From positions 1,056,942 to 1,120,941 of the forward strand of contig CP064975.1 of NCBI GenBank assembly GCA_016699425.1: a DNA stretch of 64,000 bases, read 5' to 3'. A program made the translations under genes and the position numbers. Shown one piece after another: positions 7,327 to 16,704 of the stretch (the first letter of the stretch is position 1; each line of letters begins with the position of its first letter). The notes beneath the pieces were generated by a model. It was not told the DNA's origin. It made no database searches and was given only the letters and a program-made list of their open reading frames with translations. The stretch is from Candidatus Moraniibacteriota bacterium (lineage in GTDB: Bacteria; Patescibacteriota; Minisyncoccia; Moranbacterales; UBA1568).

Positions 7327-8307
7327 TCAAGCGTTCCAATCATAGCCCCTTCCTGCTTCGGCGTCAAGCATTTTTAGTGTATCCCGGAAATAGCGGGGGA
7401 GCGGCGCTTCATAACGATACTTGTGTCGGCCCAGCTGGAAACGCAGCTCGGCCGCATGCAGGAGCTGAAACGGCGGTTTCAGAGTGTCCCGGTGATGCTC
7501 TTTGAAGCGATAGAGTCGATCACCCACAATCGGGTGGCCGAGAACTGATAGGTGAACCCGGATTTGATGCGTCCGGCCAGTTTTTGGCTTTACAGAGACA
7601 TAATCATACCCTGTATAACGTGTGCGTAAAGCGTATTCTGTCACCGCTTCTCGGAGCTCCCCGCCGAATTCCCGCTTTCCAGCTGGGACCGACCGCTTTT
7701 TCTCACCCTTCACGCGGCCGATAGGGAGATTGATACTCCCGCTTGGCTCAGACAGATTACCGTGTACCAGAGCAAAATACGTCTTTTCAATCTGGCGTTC
7801 CTGAAAAAGCTTCTTTAGAGCCTTAAACGCTTTCGGTGTCTTGGCGATGAGGACAAGTCCTGAAGTGTCCTTGTCCAATCGATGAACCATGCCGGGCCGC
7901 TTTTCTTCCTCCCCAATCCCCATAATCTGTGGATAAGTCGTGGATATCCAGTCAGTTACCGTTAATTGGCGCAAATTCCCCGCTGGATGCATCGCGATAC
8001 CTGCTGGCTTTGAGAGGACGAGGAAGGCTTCGGTCTCAGCGATAACGGTTGGCTTCAGGGAAGCGGCTAATTCTTCGGTATTATTTTGTTGCTTCGTCAG
8101 CCTCATTCCGTCCAGATGCACTACCATGCCTGGTTTCAGCCGGAGTCCCGGTCGTATAATCAACTTTCCGGCAATCGTCACTGAATCAGACGCAATCAGT
8201 GTTTGCACCACTGGACGGGTGAGGTCAGCCCGGGCCTCCACGAGAAAATGATCGAGGCGCCAACCATTATGTTTCTCCTTTACAAAAAAGGTGATTCGCT
8301 GGTCCAT
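7327..8307 (-). CDS. rluD: RluA-family 23S rRNA pseudouridine synthase (RluD-like) with N-terminal S4 domain
   Basis: HRLDKDTSGLVL catalytic-Asp motif; N-terminal S4-like region. Confidence 0.8.
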   Translation of the reverse strand: MDQRITFFVKEKHNGWRLDHFLVEARADLTRPVVQTLIASDSVTIAGKLIIRPGLRLKPGMVVHLDGMRLTKQQNNTEELAASLKPTVIAETEAFLVLSKPAGIAMHPAGNLRQLTVTDWISTTYPQIMGIGEEEKRPGMVHRLDKDTSGLVLIAKTPKAFKALKKLFQERQIEKTYFALVHGNLSEPSGSINLPIGRVKGEKKRSVPAGKREFGGELREAVTEYALRTRYTGYDYVSVKPKTGRTHQIRVHLSVLGHPIVGDRLYRFKEHHRDTLKPPFQLLHAAELRFQLGRHKYRYEAPLPRYFRDTLKMLDAEAGRGYDWNA

Positions 8308-8530
8308 AATCAGTCTCGTTGTCTCATAAATTCACGCTTCGCATTCACCCGTCCCGAGTCTATGGGCTTGTCCACGGGTTATACCTATAAGTCAGGTCTC
8401 AGCATGCCATCTGGTACCGAACCTGTCAATGCCACTTGTATTTCCAGTGATGATATAAACACTACTGGTAGTATTTATACTCAGTATTGTTGTGAATAAA
8501 ACGCTTTTACCAGGGAAGTTTGACTACGAG

Positions 8531-8559
8531 TTGACACACCTAATTGACCTCTCTATCAT
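8531..8559 (+). promoter_or_regulatory. sigma70-like promoter upstream of the peroxiredoxin gene
   Basis: TTGACA, 17-bp spacer, TATCAT. Confidence 0.35.
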
Positions 8560-8621
8560 GGTGAAGCGCTTCCGATTTTCGGGGTCGCCAAACACAAGCG
8601 TAATTCACTTTTTTCATCATT

Positions 8622-9269
8622 ATGAACCAACAAGAAGGTTGCTGCGGAAGCGGGTGCTGTGACGAGCCGGGGACTGACACACTAGGATATTTCCCCATCA
8701 TCGGCGAGACTGTGCCCAACCTCGAATTCGATTACTATCACCAAGAGGGCTTCCATCACTCGCATTTCTCCGACTATCGAGGCAAGTGGGTGGTCGTCTT
8801 CTTCTACCCCGGCGACTTTACCTTCGTCTGTCCGACCGAACTGCAGGAGCTGGCAGCCAACTACGATAAATTTCAGGCACTCGGAGCGGAAGTGCTTTCG
8901 GTAAGCACCGACTCCAAGCATGTCCACAAAGCGTGGCATGATCAATCCGCTGCCGTGAAGCATGTCCAGTTCCCGATGCTTGCTGATCCGTCCGGCGACA
9001 TCTCGGACGCCTTCGGAGTCCTCATTCAGGACCGCAAGGGCGAGGACTACGGGCTGGCACTGCGCGGTTCCTTCCTCATCGATCCGGACGGTGTCCTCCA
9101 AGCCTATGAGATTCATGCCAACAATGTCGGTCGTAGCGCCGATGAGCTCCTTCGGAAGCTTGAAGCGGCAATCTTCGTCCGCGAGCATCACGGCGAAGTC
9201 TGCCCCGCCAACTGGAAGAAGGGCAGCAAGACACTAAAGCCCGGTATCGATCTCGTGGGGAAAATCTAA
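8622..9269 (+). CDS. 2-Cys peroxiredoxin (AhpC/Prx1 type) with a Cys-rich N-terminal extension
   Basis: FTFVCPTEL peroxidatic-Cys motif. N-terminal MNQQEGCCGSGCCDEPG precedes the thioredoxin fold. Confidence 0.85.
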   Translation: MNQQEGCCGSGCCDEPGTDTLGYFPIIGETVPNLEFDYYHQEGFHHSHFSDYRGKWVVVFFYPGDFTFVCPTELQELAANYDKFQALGAEVLSVSTDSKHVHKAWHDQSAAVKHVQFPMLADPSGDISDAFGVLIQDRKGEDYGLALRGSFLIDPDGVLQAYEIHANNVGRSADELLRKLEAAIFVREHHGEVCPANWKKGSKTLKPGIDLVGKI

Positions 9270-9370
9270 TTACCAAACACGAGCGCCTTTGATGACAGAG
9301 TGAGTGAGTCAGTGACAAGCACGCAAGAGACTCATGAACGAAAGTATGAAAGGACAAGCGCACCAAACAT

Positions 9371-9955
9371 ATGGCCTACAGCGCAATAAATTATTCGCAT
9401 CTCCTCGGGCTTACTGGTTTTTCTGACACGCTTCTCAATAACCACTTCACGCTTTACGAAGGCTACGTGAAAAACACGAACGCGCTCTCGGACAAGTTGA
9501 AAGCGCTCACCGAAAAAGGTGAATTCGCAACACCGGAATTTGCTGAGTTCAAGCGCCGCTTCGGCTGGGAGTGGAACGGCATGCGCCTGCACGAGCTCTA
9601 TTTCGGCAACCTGGCCAAGGAAACCACCACCCTTGCTGATGGCCCACTCAAGGAAAAACTTGTCGCCGCCTATGGCAGCATCGAGAACTGGGAGAAGAAC
9701 TTCGTAGGTACCGGGAGTATGCGTGGCATCGGCTGGGTCGTCCTCGCTCATGATGCCGAGACAGGCAAGCTCTACAATGTCTGGGTGAATGAACACGATA
9801 TGGGGCACCTGGTCGGCACTATGCCGCTCCTCGTCATGGACGTTTTCGAGCACGCGTTCGTGATCGATTACGGCCTCAAGCGCGCCGACTATATCGCAGC
9901 TTTCATGCGTTCGATCGATTGGAAAGTGGTCGGGAAACGTTTCGAGCAGCGCTAG
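9371..9955 (+). CDS. sodA: Fe/Mn superoxide dismutase
   Basis: Two-domain Fe/Mn-SOD signature including D-VFEHAF (the DVWEHAYY-type motif). Confidence 0.85.
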   Translation: MAYSAINYSHLLGLTGFSDTLLNNHFTLYEGYVKNTNALSDKLKALTEKGEFATPEFAEFKRRFGWEWNGMRLHELYFGNLAKETTTLADGPLKEKLVAAYGSIENWEKNFVGTGSMRGIGWVVLAHDAETGKLYNVWVNEHDMGHLVGTMPLLVMDVFEHAFVIDYGLKRADYIAAFMRSIDWKVVGKRFEQR

Positions 9956-10005
9956 CGTTTACTAACACGTTCCTTTGATCGATTACCTTCAGCATCCATA
10001 ATTTT

Positions 10006-10338
10006 ATGCCAAAAGAAAATTTCATTCCGCCCCAACAACCAGTACCAAACCCGTACGAAGTGGCCAAGGAGAATTTTGCAAGAATAGACGCAAATTCCTT
10101 TGAGGACATGCTCGACACACACAACCCGTATTCGGAAACGTTGCTTATCGAACCTGACGGGAAGTTTGCAAGGCTGCGGCAAGACGGGGTGCCGAAGTTT
10201 GTTGACGAAGATACTCCGGCCAGTCTCTACACCATGGCTCAAAGAGTGGAAACAAAATTCCCACACCTCAAGTTTACCTTCGATCGCGACCCCCAAGGAA
10301 AATGGATGAGATATACCGTCACTCGATCTCAGAAATAA
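10006..10338 (+). CDS. hypothetical protein (110 aa)
   Basis: ORF between the SOD and nrdA genes; no motif recognised. Confidence 0.4.
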   Translation: MPKENFIPPQQPVPNPYEVAKENFARIDANSFEDMLDTHNPYSETLLIEPDGKFARLRQDGVPKFVDEDTPASLYTMAQRVETKFPHLKFTFDRDPQGKWMRYTVTRSQK

Positions 10339-10357
10339 GCAACGACAACACAAAAAT

Positions 10358-12973
10358 ATGGCCGTTGAGAAAATCCGCCGCCGCGATGGAGAAATCATCC
10401 CCTTTGATCGGGGTCGCATCGAACACGCGATCGAGCTCGCCTGTGATGCGATCGCTATCACTGACAAAGCCTTCATCCCGGCGGTCACCGATGCCGTCAT
10501 CCAGGATATGGAGCGCGTCTATGGCGAGATATTTGTGAATCGGATTCCGACGGTCGAAGATGTACAAGATATCGTCGAGCGCGAGTTGGTCAAGGCCAAT
10601 CACTTTGAGCTCGCCAAAGCGTATATCCTCTACCGACAGGAGCGCAAACAGGAGCGTGAGGAACGGCATGAGCGATTGGTCAGAGAATTCGAAGAAAAGA
10701 CCCTAAAAGTCACTAAGTCAGACGGATCAAAGGAGTACTTCGATGTGAAGAAGTTGCGCACGGTCTTTGATCGCGCCGCAAAGGGCTATGAAGAAGAGTG
10801 TGGCTTTGAAGACCTAATGGACTCCTTCAAAAAGAATCTCGTCGATGACATCAAGACGTCTGATATCGAGAAGCTTCTCGTGAAAACCTGTATCGACCTC
10901 GTCACTGTCGAAAACATTGCCTGGCAAAATATCGCAGCCCGACTCCTCCTCGGTGGTCTCTACAAGAAAGCGATCAAGAACCGCGGCCTGGCGCAGAAAG
11001 ACATCTACTCAGCGGTCGCCTACAAGGCCCACTTCGACGACTATATAAAGAAGGGTTTGTACTTCAAGAATTTCTACCAGCACTACACCCCAGAGGATAT
11101 CCTCGAAGCGGGCAAGCACTTGTCCAAGGAATCCGACGAGGGCTATGAGTACACGACGATTGTCTCGTTCATCAAGCGCTACCTCCTCAATCCGAACAAG
11201 GTCGTCTACGAACTCCCTCAGGAGATGTATATGTCGGTTGCCCTTTTCCTCGCTATCCCCGAGACGAAAGAAAACCGCCTCGCTCTGGCGCTGAAGATCT
11301 ACGAGCACTGCTCCAGACAGCGCATCTCGCTCGCGACCCCGACCCTCCTGAATGCGCGCACCAACTACAATCAACTCTCGAGCTGCTTCAAAATAAATGT
11401 CGATGATGATTTGCGTGGCATATACCATGCGGTCGAGAACATGGCACAGATTTCTAAGTTCGGTGGTGGTGTCGGCGTCTATCTCGGCAATATCCGATCA
11501 CGTGGCGGATCAATCCGCGGTGTGAAGGGGATGTCGGGCGGCGTCAACCCATGGATCAAGGTCATCAATGATACGGCGGTCGCGGTTAACCAGCTCGGCA
11601 GCCGGCTCGGTGCGATCTCGGTCACACTCGATTTCTGGCACCTTGATATCCATGACTTCCTCGACCTGCAGACGGAAACGGGCGATATCCGTTCCAAGGC
11701 CTTTGACATTTTCCCCGCGGTTTCGGTACCCGATCTCTTCATGCGGCGCCTGCGTGATGGGCAGAGCTGGACCTTGTTCGACCCACATGAGATCAAAAAG
11801 CTCTACGGGAAATCACTTCAGGATCATTTTGACAAGGAATTCGAACACTTTTACGAAGAGCTCGAACGCGATGAACGTCTGACGATGAAAAAGGTAGTGG
11901 ACGCCAAAGAGCTCTTCAAGAAATTCCTGAAAACCACCGTCGAGACCGGTATGCCGTATGTGTTCTTCCGTGATACGGTGAACCGACTCAATCCGAATAA
12001 GCATGCGGGTAATATCTATTCCACCCAGCTCTGCACTGAAATCTGCCAAAACACCTCTGCCTCAAAATTCGTCGAGGAGACTATCGAGGATGGGAAAATC
12101 ATCCTCCGCTATGATCCGGGTGACCTGGTCGTTTGCAACCTTGCTTCCATCAATGTCGCAACAGTCCATGAACCAGCCGTCATCGCCGACACCTTTCCCG
12201 TCCTCATGCGCATCCTCGACAATGTCATCACGCTCAATTACTATCCGATCAAGGAAGCCGAACGGACCGCCAAGCGCTATCGCTCCGTCGGAGTCGGTTA
12301 CCTCGGACTGGCCGAATACCTCGCCACCCGGAAGATCGCCTATGACAGTGAAGAAGCCCGCCTTGAAGTCGATCGGCTTTTCGAGCGGTATGCCTTCCAC
12401 ACCTATCGCGCCTCCGTCGACCTCGCAAAGGAGCGCGGACACTATGAGCTCTACCCCGGCAGTGAATACTCCAAAGGCAAGCTTCTGGGCCGTGACCTCG
12501 CCTGGTATGAGAAGAACACCCCGTTTGCAACCGAATGGCACCAGCTTTTCACCGACATGAAAGCCTCGGGGGTACGCTTCGCCTATCACACTGCCCCCGC
12601 GCCCAATACCTCGACCGCCGGTGTCGTCGGCACCACAGCAGCCCTCCTCCCGATCTACAAACGCTACTTCGTCGAGACCAATCTGTCGGCTCCGACGATC
12701 CGCGTCGCGCCAAAGCTCTCCAAGGACAACTTCTGGTTCTACAAGGAATATATCCACATGGATATGGCCGACGTCATCAGTATGATCGCGGTCGTCTACA
12801 AGTGGGTCGATCAGTCGATCAGTTTCGAATGGATGATCGATCCTGAGCGCGTCAGCCCCGCCCAACTCTATGGCTACTATCAGCAGGCTTGGGAGAAAGA
12901 GATCAAGACCGTCTACTATGTCCGTAGTCTCTCAGGGGAAGTAAAGGACGGTTGTGTCAGCTGCAGCGGCTAA
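10358..12973 (+). CDS. nrdA: ribonucleotide reductase class Ia alpha subunit with N-terminal ATP cone
   Basis: ATP-cone N-terminus. ATPTLLNARTNYNQLSSCF active-site region. C-terminal CVSCSG. Confidence 0.9.
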   Translation: MAVEKIRRRDGEIIPFDRGRIEHAIELACDAIAITDKAFIPAVTDAVIQDMERVYGEIFVNRIPTVEDVQDIVERELVKANHFELAKAYILYRQERKQEREERHERLVREFEEKTLKVTKSDGSKEYFDVKKLRTVFDRAAKGYEEECGFEDLMDSFKKNLVDDIKTSDIEKLLVKTCIDLVTVENIAWQNIAARLLLGGLYKKAIKNRGLAQKDIYSAVAYKAHFDDYIKKGLYFKNFYQHYTPEDILEAGKHLSKESDEGYEYTTIVSFIKRYLLNPNKVVYELPQEMYMSVALFLAIPETKENRLALALKIYEHCSRQRISLATPTLLNARTNYNQLSSCFKINVDDDLRGIYHAVENMAQISKFGGGVGVYLGNIRSRGGSIRGVKGMSGGVNPWIKVINDTAVAVNQLGSRLGAISVTLDFWHLDIHDFLDLQTETGDIRSKAFDIFPAVSVPDLFMRRLRDGQSWTLFDPHEIKKLYGKSLQDHFDKEFEHFYEELERDERLTMKKVVDAKELFKKFLKTTVETGMPYVFFRDTVNRLNPNKHAGNIYSTQLCTEICQNTSASKFVEETIEDGKIILRYDPGDLVVCNLASINVATVHEPAVIADTFPVLMRILDNVITLNYYPIKEAERTAKRYRSVGVGYLGLAEYLATRKIAYDSEEARLEVDRLFERYAFHTYRASVDLAKERGHYELYPGSEYSKGKLLGRDLAWYEKNTPFATEWHQLFTDMKASGVRFAYHTAPAPNTSTAGVVGTTAALLPIYKRYFVETNLSAPTIRVAPKLSKDNFWFYKEYIHMDMADVISMIAVVYKWVDQSISFEWMIDPERVSPAQLYGYYQQAWEKEIKTVYYVRSLSGEVKDGCVSCSG

Positions 12974-13081
12974 AAGCACCCAATCACTAACAACCGACCA
13001 TCCACAACAGCTACTTCTCTCAACTGAAAAACACCTGTTTCTTCGTTGAGAGTTGTCCGTTGTAGGTTGTAGGTAAAACAT

Positions 13082-14125
13082 ATGACTGAGCAACTCCAGC
13101 GTAATCCGCTTTTCAATCCCAAAGGGGACGATACGGTCGAGCATCGTACCATCATCAAGGGCGCGACGACCGGCCTCTTCAACCTGAATGCCGTCAAATA
13201 CCCCTGGGCCAAGTCGCTCTATCAGGTGATGGTCGGCAATTTCTGGGTACCCGAAAAGGTCTCGGGATTGAAGGACGATGCCCGCACCTTCCACAGTGAG
13301 CTCACCGCGGAGGAACAGCGCGCCTACAAAGGCATCATCTCCTTCCTCACCTTTCTCGATTCGATTCAGACGGTCAATTTGCCCCACTTCTCAGACTATG
13401 TCACCTCGCCCGAGGTGAACCTCATCCTCTCCATTCAGACGTATCAGGAAGCGATTCACTCCCAATCCTACGCTACCATCCTCGAAACGGTCGTGGATTC
13501 GAAGGAACGCGACGAGATTTACTACTTCTGGCGCACCGACTCGGTCCTCCTCGAGCGCAATCGCTATATCGGACAGATCTATCAGGATTTCATCGATGAC
13601 CCGTCGGACCAGACTTTCTTCCGCGGCATCGTGGCGAACTTCCTCCTCGAGTCCCTCTACTTCTACAATGGCTTTGCGTTCTTCGATACGCTCGTCGACC
13701 ACATGAAGATGCTCGCGACCGGCCGGATGATCGCCTATATCCGCCGTGACGAATTGACCCATGTCACTATCTTTGCCAACCTCATTCGGGAAATCCGCAA
13801 AGAATTCCCCGCGCTCTATGATGAAGCACTTCTCAAAGAAATGATGACCGAGGCTGTCCGACAAGAGATCGACTGGTCCAAGCATATCCTGGGCAATCGC
13901 ATCCCCGGCATCAATGGTGAGACGACCGAAGGCTACACGAAGTGGCTGGCCAATAACCGCCTGGCGATGCTGAATATCGACCCGCTCTACCCCGAGGCCG
14001 TGGTGAACCCCTACAAGCATCTCGACCGGCTCCAGGACCCCAATGCCGACAAGGGAAACTTCTTCGAGACCACCGTGGTCAACTATACCCAGTCCACGAG
14101 CATGAATGGCAGCTGGGACTTCTAG
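13082..14125 (+). CDS. nrdB: ribonucleotide reductase class Ia beta (R2) subunit
   Basis: Di-iron ligand motifs (EAIHSQSY ...), a tyrosyl-radical region, and a position immediately downstream of nrdA. Confidence 0.85.
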   Translation: MTEQLQRNPLFNPKGDDTVEHRTIIKGATTGLFNLNAVKYPWAKSLYQVMVGNFWVPEKVSGLKDDARTFHSELTAEEQRAYKGIISFLTFLDSIQTVNLPHFSDYVTSPEVNLILSIQTYQEAIHSQSYATILETVVDSKERDEIYYFWRTDSVLLERNRYIGQIYQDFIDDPSDQTFFRGIVANFLLESLYFYNGFAFFDTLVDHMKMLATGRMIAYIRRDELTHVTIFANLIREIRKEFPALYDEALLKEMMTEAVRQEIDWSKHILGNRIPGINGETTEGYTKWLANNRLAMLNIDPLYPEAVVNPYKHLDRLQDPNADKGNFFETTVVNYTQSTSMNGSWDF

Positions 14126-14156
14126 TCATGCTCGGCTGCCACTCCTTTCGCCTTTC

Positions 14157-14190
14157 AGCCCACTTCTTAGGAGTGGGCTTTCTGTTTCTC
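14157..14190 (+). terminator. rho-independent terminator after nrdB
   Basis: AGCCCACT/AGTGGGCT stem followed by a T-rich tail. Confidence 0.5.
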
Positions 14191-14229
14191 CAAGAAAACC
14201 GTGTATAATGGAGAGGAAAAGAAAAACCT

Positions 14230-15525
14230 ATGAAAAAAAGTGTCGTGTTTTTTATCGTTTGGCCTGTAGTTTTCATTTTTGCCATTTCGTCTTTCGCAAC
14301 GACTAAACCCGTTCATGCAGCAAATGTCGGAGAGGCATGTAATGTGAACATTGGGAACGCGGGTGTCGGAGTTTCACAAAGAAGCGGTATCTGCCGTGCT
14401 ATCACGAGCACATCTGGTTGTCAGTCGGGCGAAGAAAACATCGCCATGGGTAACTGCACTCCAACGGCCATGGTCAACGGAGTCAATGTTGCTCTGAGGT
14501 GCTGTGGACCTCCTGTTGCTGCAACAACATGCACCGGGGCAGGTGGTGTCTGTTGGCCGTCTGGTACTTGTTCCAGTCCAGTCCCAGGAAATCCATCATG
14601 TTACCCCAGTAGCACAGAAGTGTGTTGTCAGCGCAGCGCCATCGCTGCCACACCAAGCGCGAATAGTTCCTTTACTGTCACAGGGGGTGACATGGCGAAT
14701 TACCAGCTCCTCGAGCAAATTCCTGGGTCAAATGAGACGGTGGGACGGCTCGATACCTATCTGCGCGACATCTACATCTTTGCCTTTTGGGCGGTCGGCA
14801 TTGCTGTCGTCTTCATGCTCACGATCGGTGGCTTCATGTACCTGACCTCGGCCGGCAACACCTCGCGTATGGAGAGTGCCAAGACGGTCATCTTTGACGC
14901 GATCCTTGGTCTCGTCCTCGCTCTCGTCGCCTGGCTCTTCCTCTATGTGATCAATCCGGACCTGGTGAATCTCAACTTGCGGGCGGTTTCCATCACTCCG
15001 ATTTCTTCGACCGCCGCTCCAGCAGCCACGACACCGACAACTCCTGCTCCAGGTGGGTCAGTCCAGGCTCTCGCTCAACAAATCCGAGCAGGTGGAAACG
15101 GTATAACCCTCGCCGGATCAGGCAGCTGCAGCAGTGCAGCAGGTACAGTCAGTCCGAGCCTTTCGATGCAGCAGGCGGCCAACGGAACGCCAGTAACACG
15201 TTGTCAAAATGGCTGCCCAGGCACTGGACAATGTACACAAACAACCAGTCTGAATAGCGCACTCCTCAGTGCCATGCTCCAAGTTGCTCAGCGATACCCC
15301 TTCGTTGTTGTCAGTATCACGGGAGGAAGCCATTCTCCCAACAGTGACCATTATGCCGGACGAGCAATCGATATCTCCACCGGAAATAAAGCCGATTGGC
15401 CAGCCATTGTTACCGCCTTTGAAAATGCCGGCGCCAATCGAGGCCAGACTGCCTGTGATAACAGTGGGACACTGCTCCCATCCAGTCGTTGCAACGAAGC
15501 CAATCATATTCATGTTGCCTTCTAG
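14230..15525 (+). CDS. secreted mosaic protein: signal peptide, Cys-rich domain, two-TM hairpin, Pro/Thr linker, C-terminal peptidase-M15-like (zinc D,D- or L,D-peptidase) domain
   Basis: N-terminal signal peptide. Sixteen or more Cys in the first 140 aa. Two hydrophobic helices separated by a short loop at aa ~175-240. C-terminal SHSPNSDHYAGRAIDIS (SxHxxGxAxD) and HIHV zinc-ligand motifs of the VanY/M15 family. Confidence 0.6.
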   Translation: MKKSVVFFIVWPVVFIFAISSFATTKPVHAANVGEACNVNIGNAGVGVSQRSGICRAITSTSGCQSGEENIAMGNCTPTAMVNGVNVALRCCGPPVAATTCTGAGGVCWPSGTCSSPVPGNPSCYPSSTEVCCQRSAIAATPSANSSFTVTGGDMANYQLLEQIPGSNETVGRLDTYLRDIYIFAFWAVGIAVVFMLTIGGFMYLTSAGNTSRMESAKTVIFDAILGLVLALVAWLFLYVINPDLVNLNLRAVSITPISSTAAPAATTPTTPAPGGSVQALAQQIRAGGNGITLAGSGSCSSAAGTVSPSLSMQQAANGTPVTRCQNGCPGTGQCTQTTSLNSALLSAMLQVAQRYPFVVVSITGGSHSPNSDHYAGRAIDISTGNKADWPAIVTAFENAGANRGQTACDNSGTLLPSSRCNEANHIHVAF

Positions 15526-15562
15526 GGCAACAGACAAGCCTCTGTTTTCTGTTTTTCCAACC

Positions 15563-15826
15563 ATGAAAAAGCTGTTCATCATCTCCGGTTCGTTTTTTCT
15601 CCTCGTCCTCGTTTTCCTCGCGGTCTACAATTTTGCGTTCCGGCACAACAACACCAATCCGATCGCTGATCCGGCGAAAAAAGAAGAGGTGGAGAAAAAC
15701 GCGAGGCAGAAAGCGAAGCCGTCACGCGGTCTGTTACGTTCCAGCAGATCGTCCCCGAGAGCGTCATCCAGCCAGTTGCTGGTGAGAACAGCCTCTTCTA
15801 CTATTCCCCCCGTGACAATGCCTTGA
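15563..15826 (+). pseudogene. signal-anchor N-terminal portion (MKKLFIISGSFFLLVLVFLAVYNF...) that appears separated from the TolB-like ORF by a frameshift
   Basis: ORF in frame 2 with a TM anchor. The downstream TolB-like frame is open from 15670 but has only a TTG start and no signal peptide. An A6 run lies at 15677-15682. Confidence 0.4.
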
Positions 15827-16704
15827 AAGAAGTGAGTCTCGATGGCAAGCAAACAACAGTCCGCCTGGCTAGATTACCAGGAACGCCGGCACGTATCGTC
15901 TGGTCGCCGAACCGGGCCAAAGCGATGTTGCTCGTGAAAGGGGCGGCTGGCGACTTGTGGTACTATGCCGACCTCCGCAACCAAATCATCACACCACTTA
16001 AAAAAGAGATGTCGCGTCTCTCCTGGACCAGCCTGGGTGATCGCATTTTTTACCAGTTCACCGATCCCGTGAGTGGTCTGCGCTCGCTCAATATCTCACT
16101 TCCTGACGGCTCAAACTGGGACAAGCTCGCCGATCTCGGCACCGAGGATCACTTCATCGCAGCCATCCCACAATCGAGTGTCATCGCCCTCTGGCCCAAG
16201 ACGGACGGGAATCGCGAGAGTGCGCTAGAGATCATCAATATCAATGGTGAGAACCGCCGCACCATCCTCACCGGACGCTTTGGTACGGACTTCCTCTGGT
16301 CGCCCGATAGCCAACATATCCTGGTCCAGAGTGTGATCGAACGAGGGGGGCATACACTCGAGCTTGGGCTGACCGACGAAAATGGTGGCTCGTACCGAAA
16401 CCTGTCTGCTCCGACGCTCGTCTCGAAAATCGCCTGGTCGAAAGATCATGAGACTTTTTACTATGCGCTCCCGGGTACCTTCCCAGCGGATGTTGTCCTA
16501 CCGAATGACTACTTCGCCAAGCCCCTCCACACGACTGACACGTTCTGGAAGATGAATATCCGAACTGGAAAAAAGGAACGACTCGTTCCGCTCGAGGAAA
16601 TGACGGAGGCTTTCGACGCGACCGATGTCTTTCTCGCCCCGACCGAGACCGACCTGTACTTCACCGACCATCTCTCCGGCAAGCTCTACCGCATCACGCT
16701 CTGA
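15823..16704 (+). CDS. TolB-like beta-propeller repeat protein (periplasmic)
   Basis: Repeated blade-like motifs (NSLFYYSPRDN upstream in frame, DLWYYADL, IFYQFTD, DFLWSPDSQHILVQ, TFYYALPG). Confidence 0.55.
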   Translation: MKEVSLDGKQTTVRLARLPGTPARIVWSPNRAKAMLLVKGAAGDLWYYADLRNQIITPLKKEMSRLSWTSLGDRIFYQFTDPVSGLRSLNISLPDGSNWDKLADLGTEDHFIAAIPQSSVIALWPKTDGNRESALEIININGENRRTILTGRFGTDFLWSPDSQHILVQSVIERGGHTLELGLTDENGGSYRNLSAPTLVSKIAWSKDHETFYYALPGTFPADVVLPNDYFAKPLHTTDTFWKMNIRTGKKERLVPLEEMTEAFDATDVFLAPTETDLYFTDHLSGKLYRITL

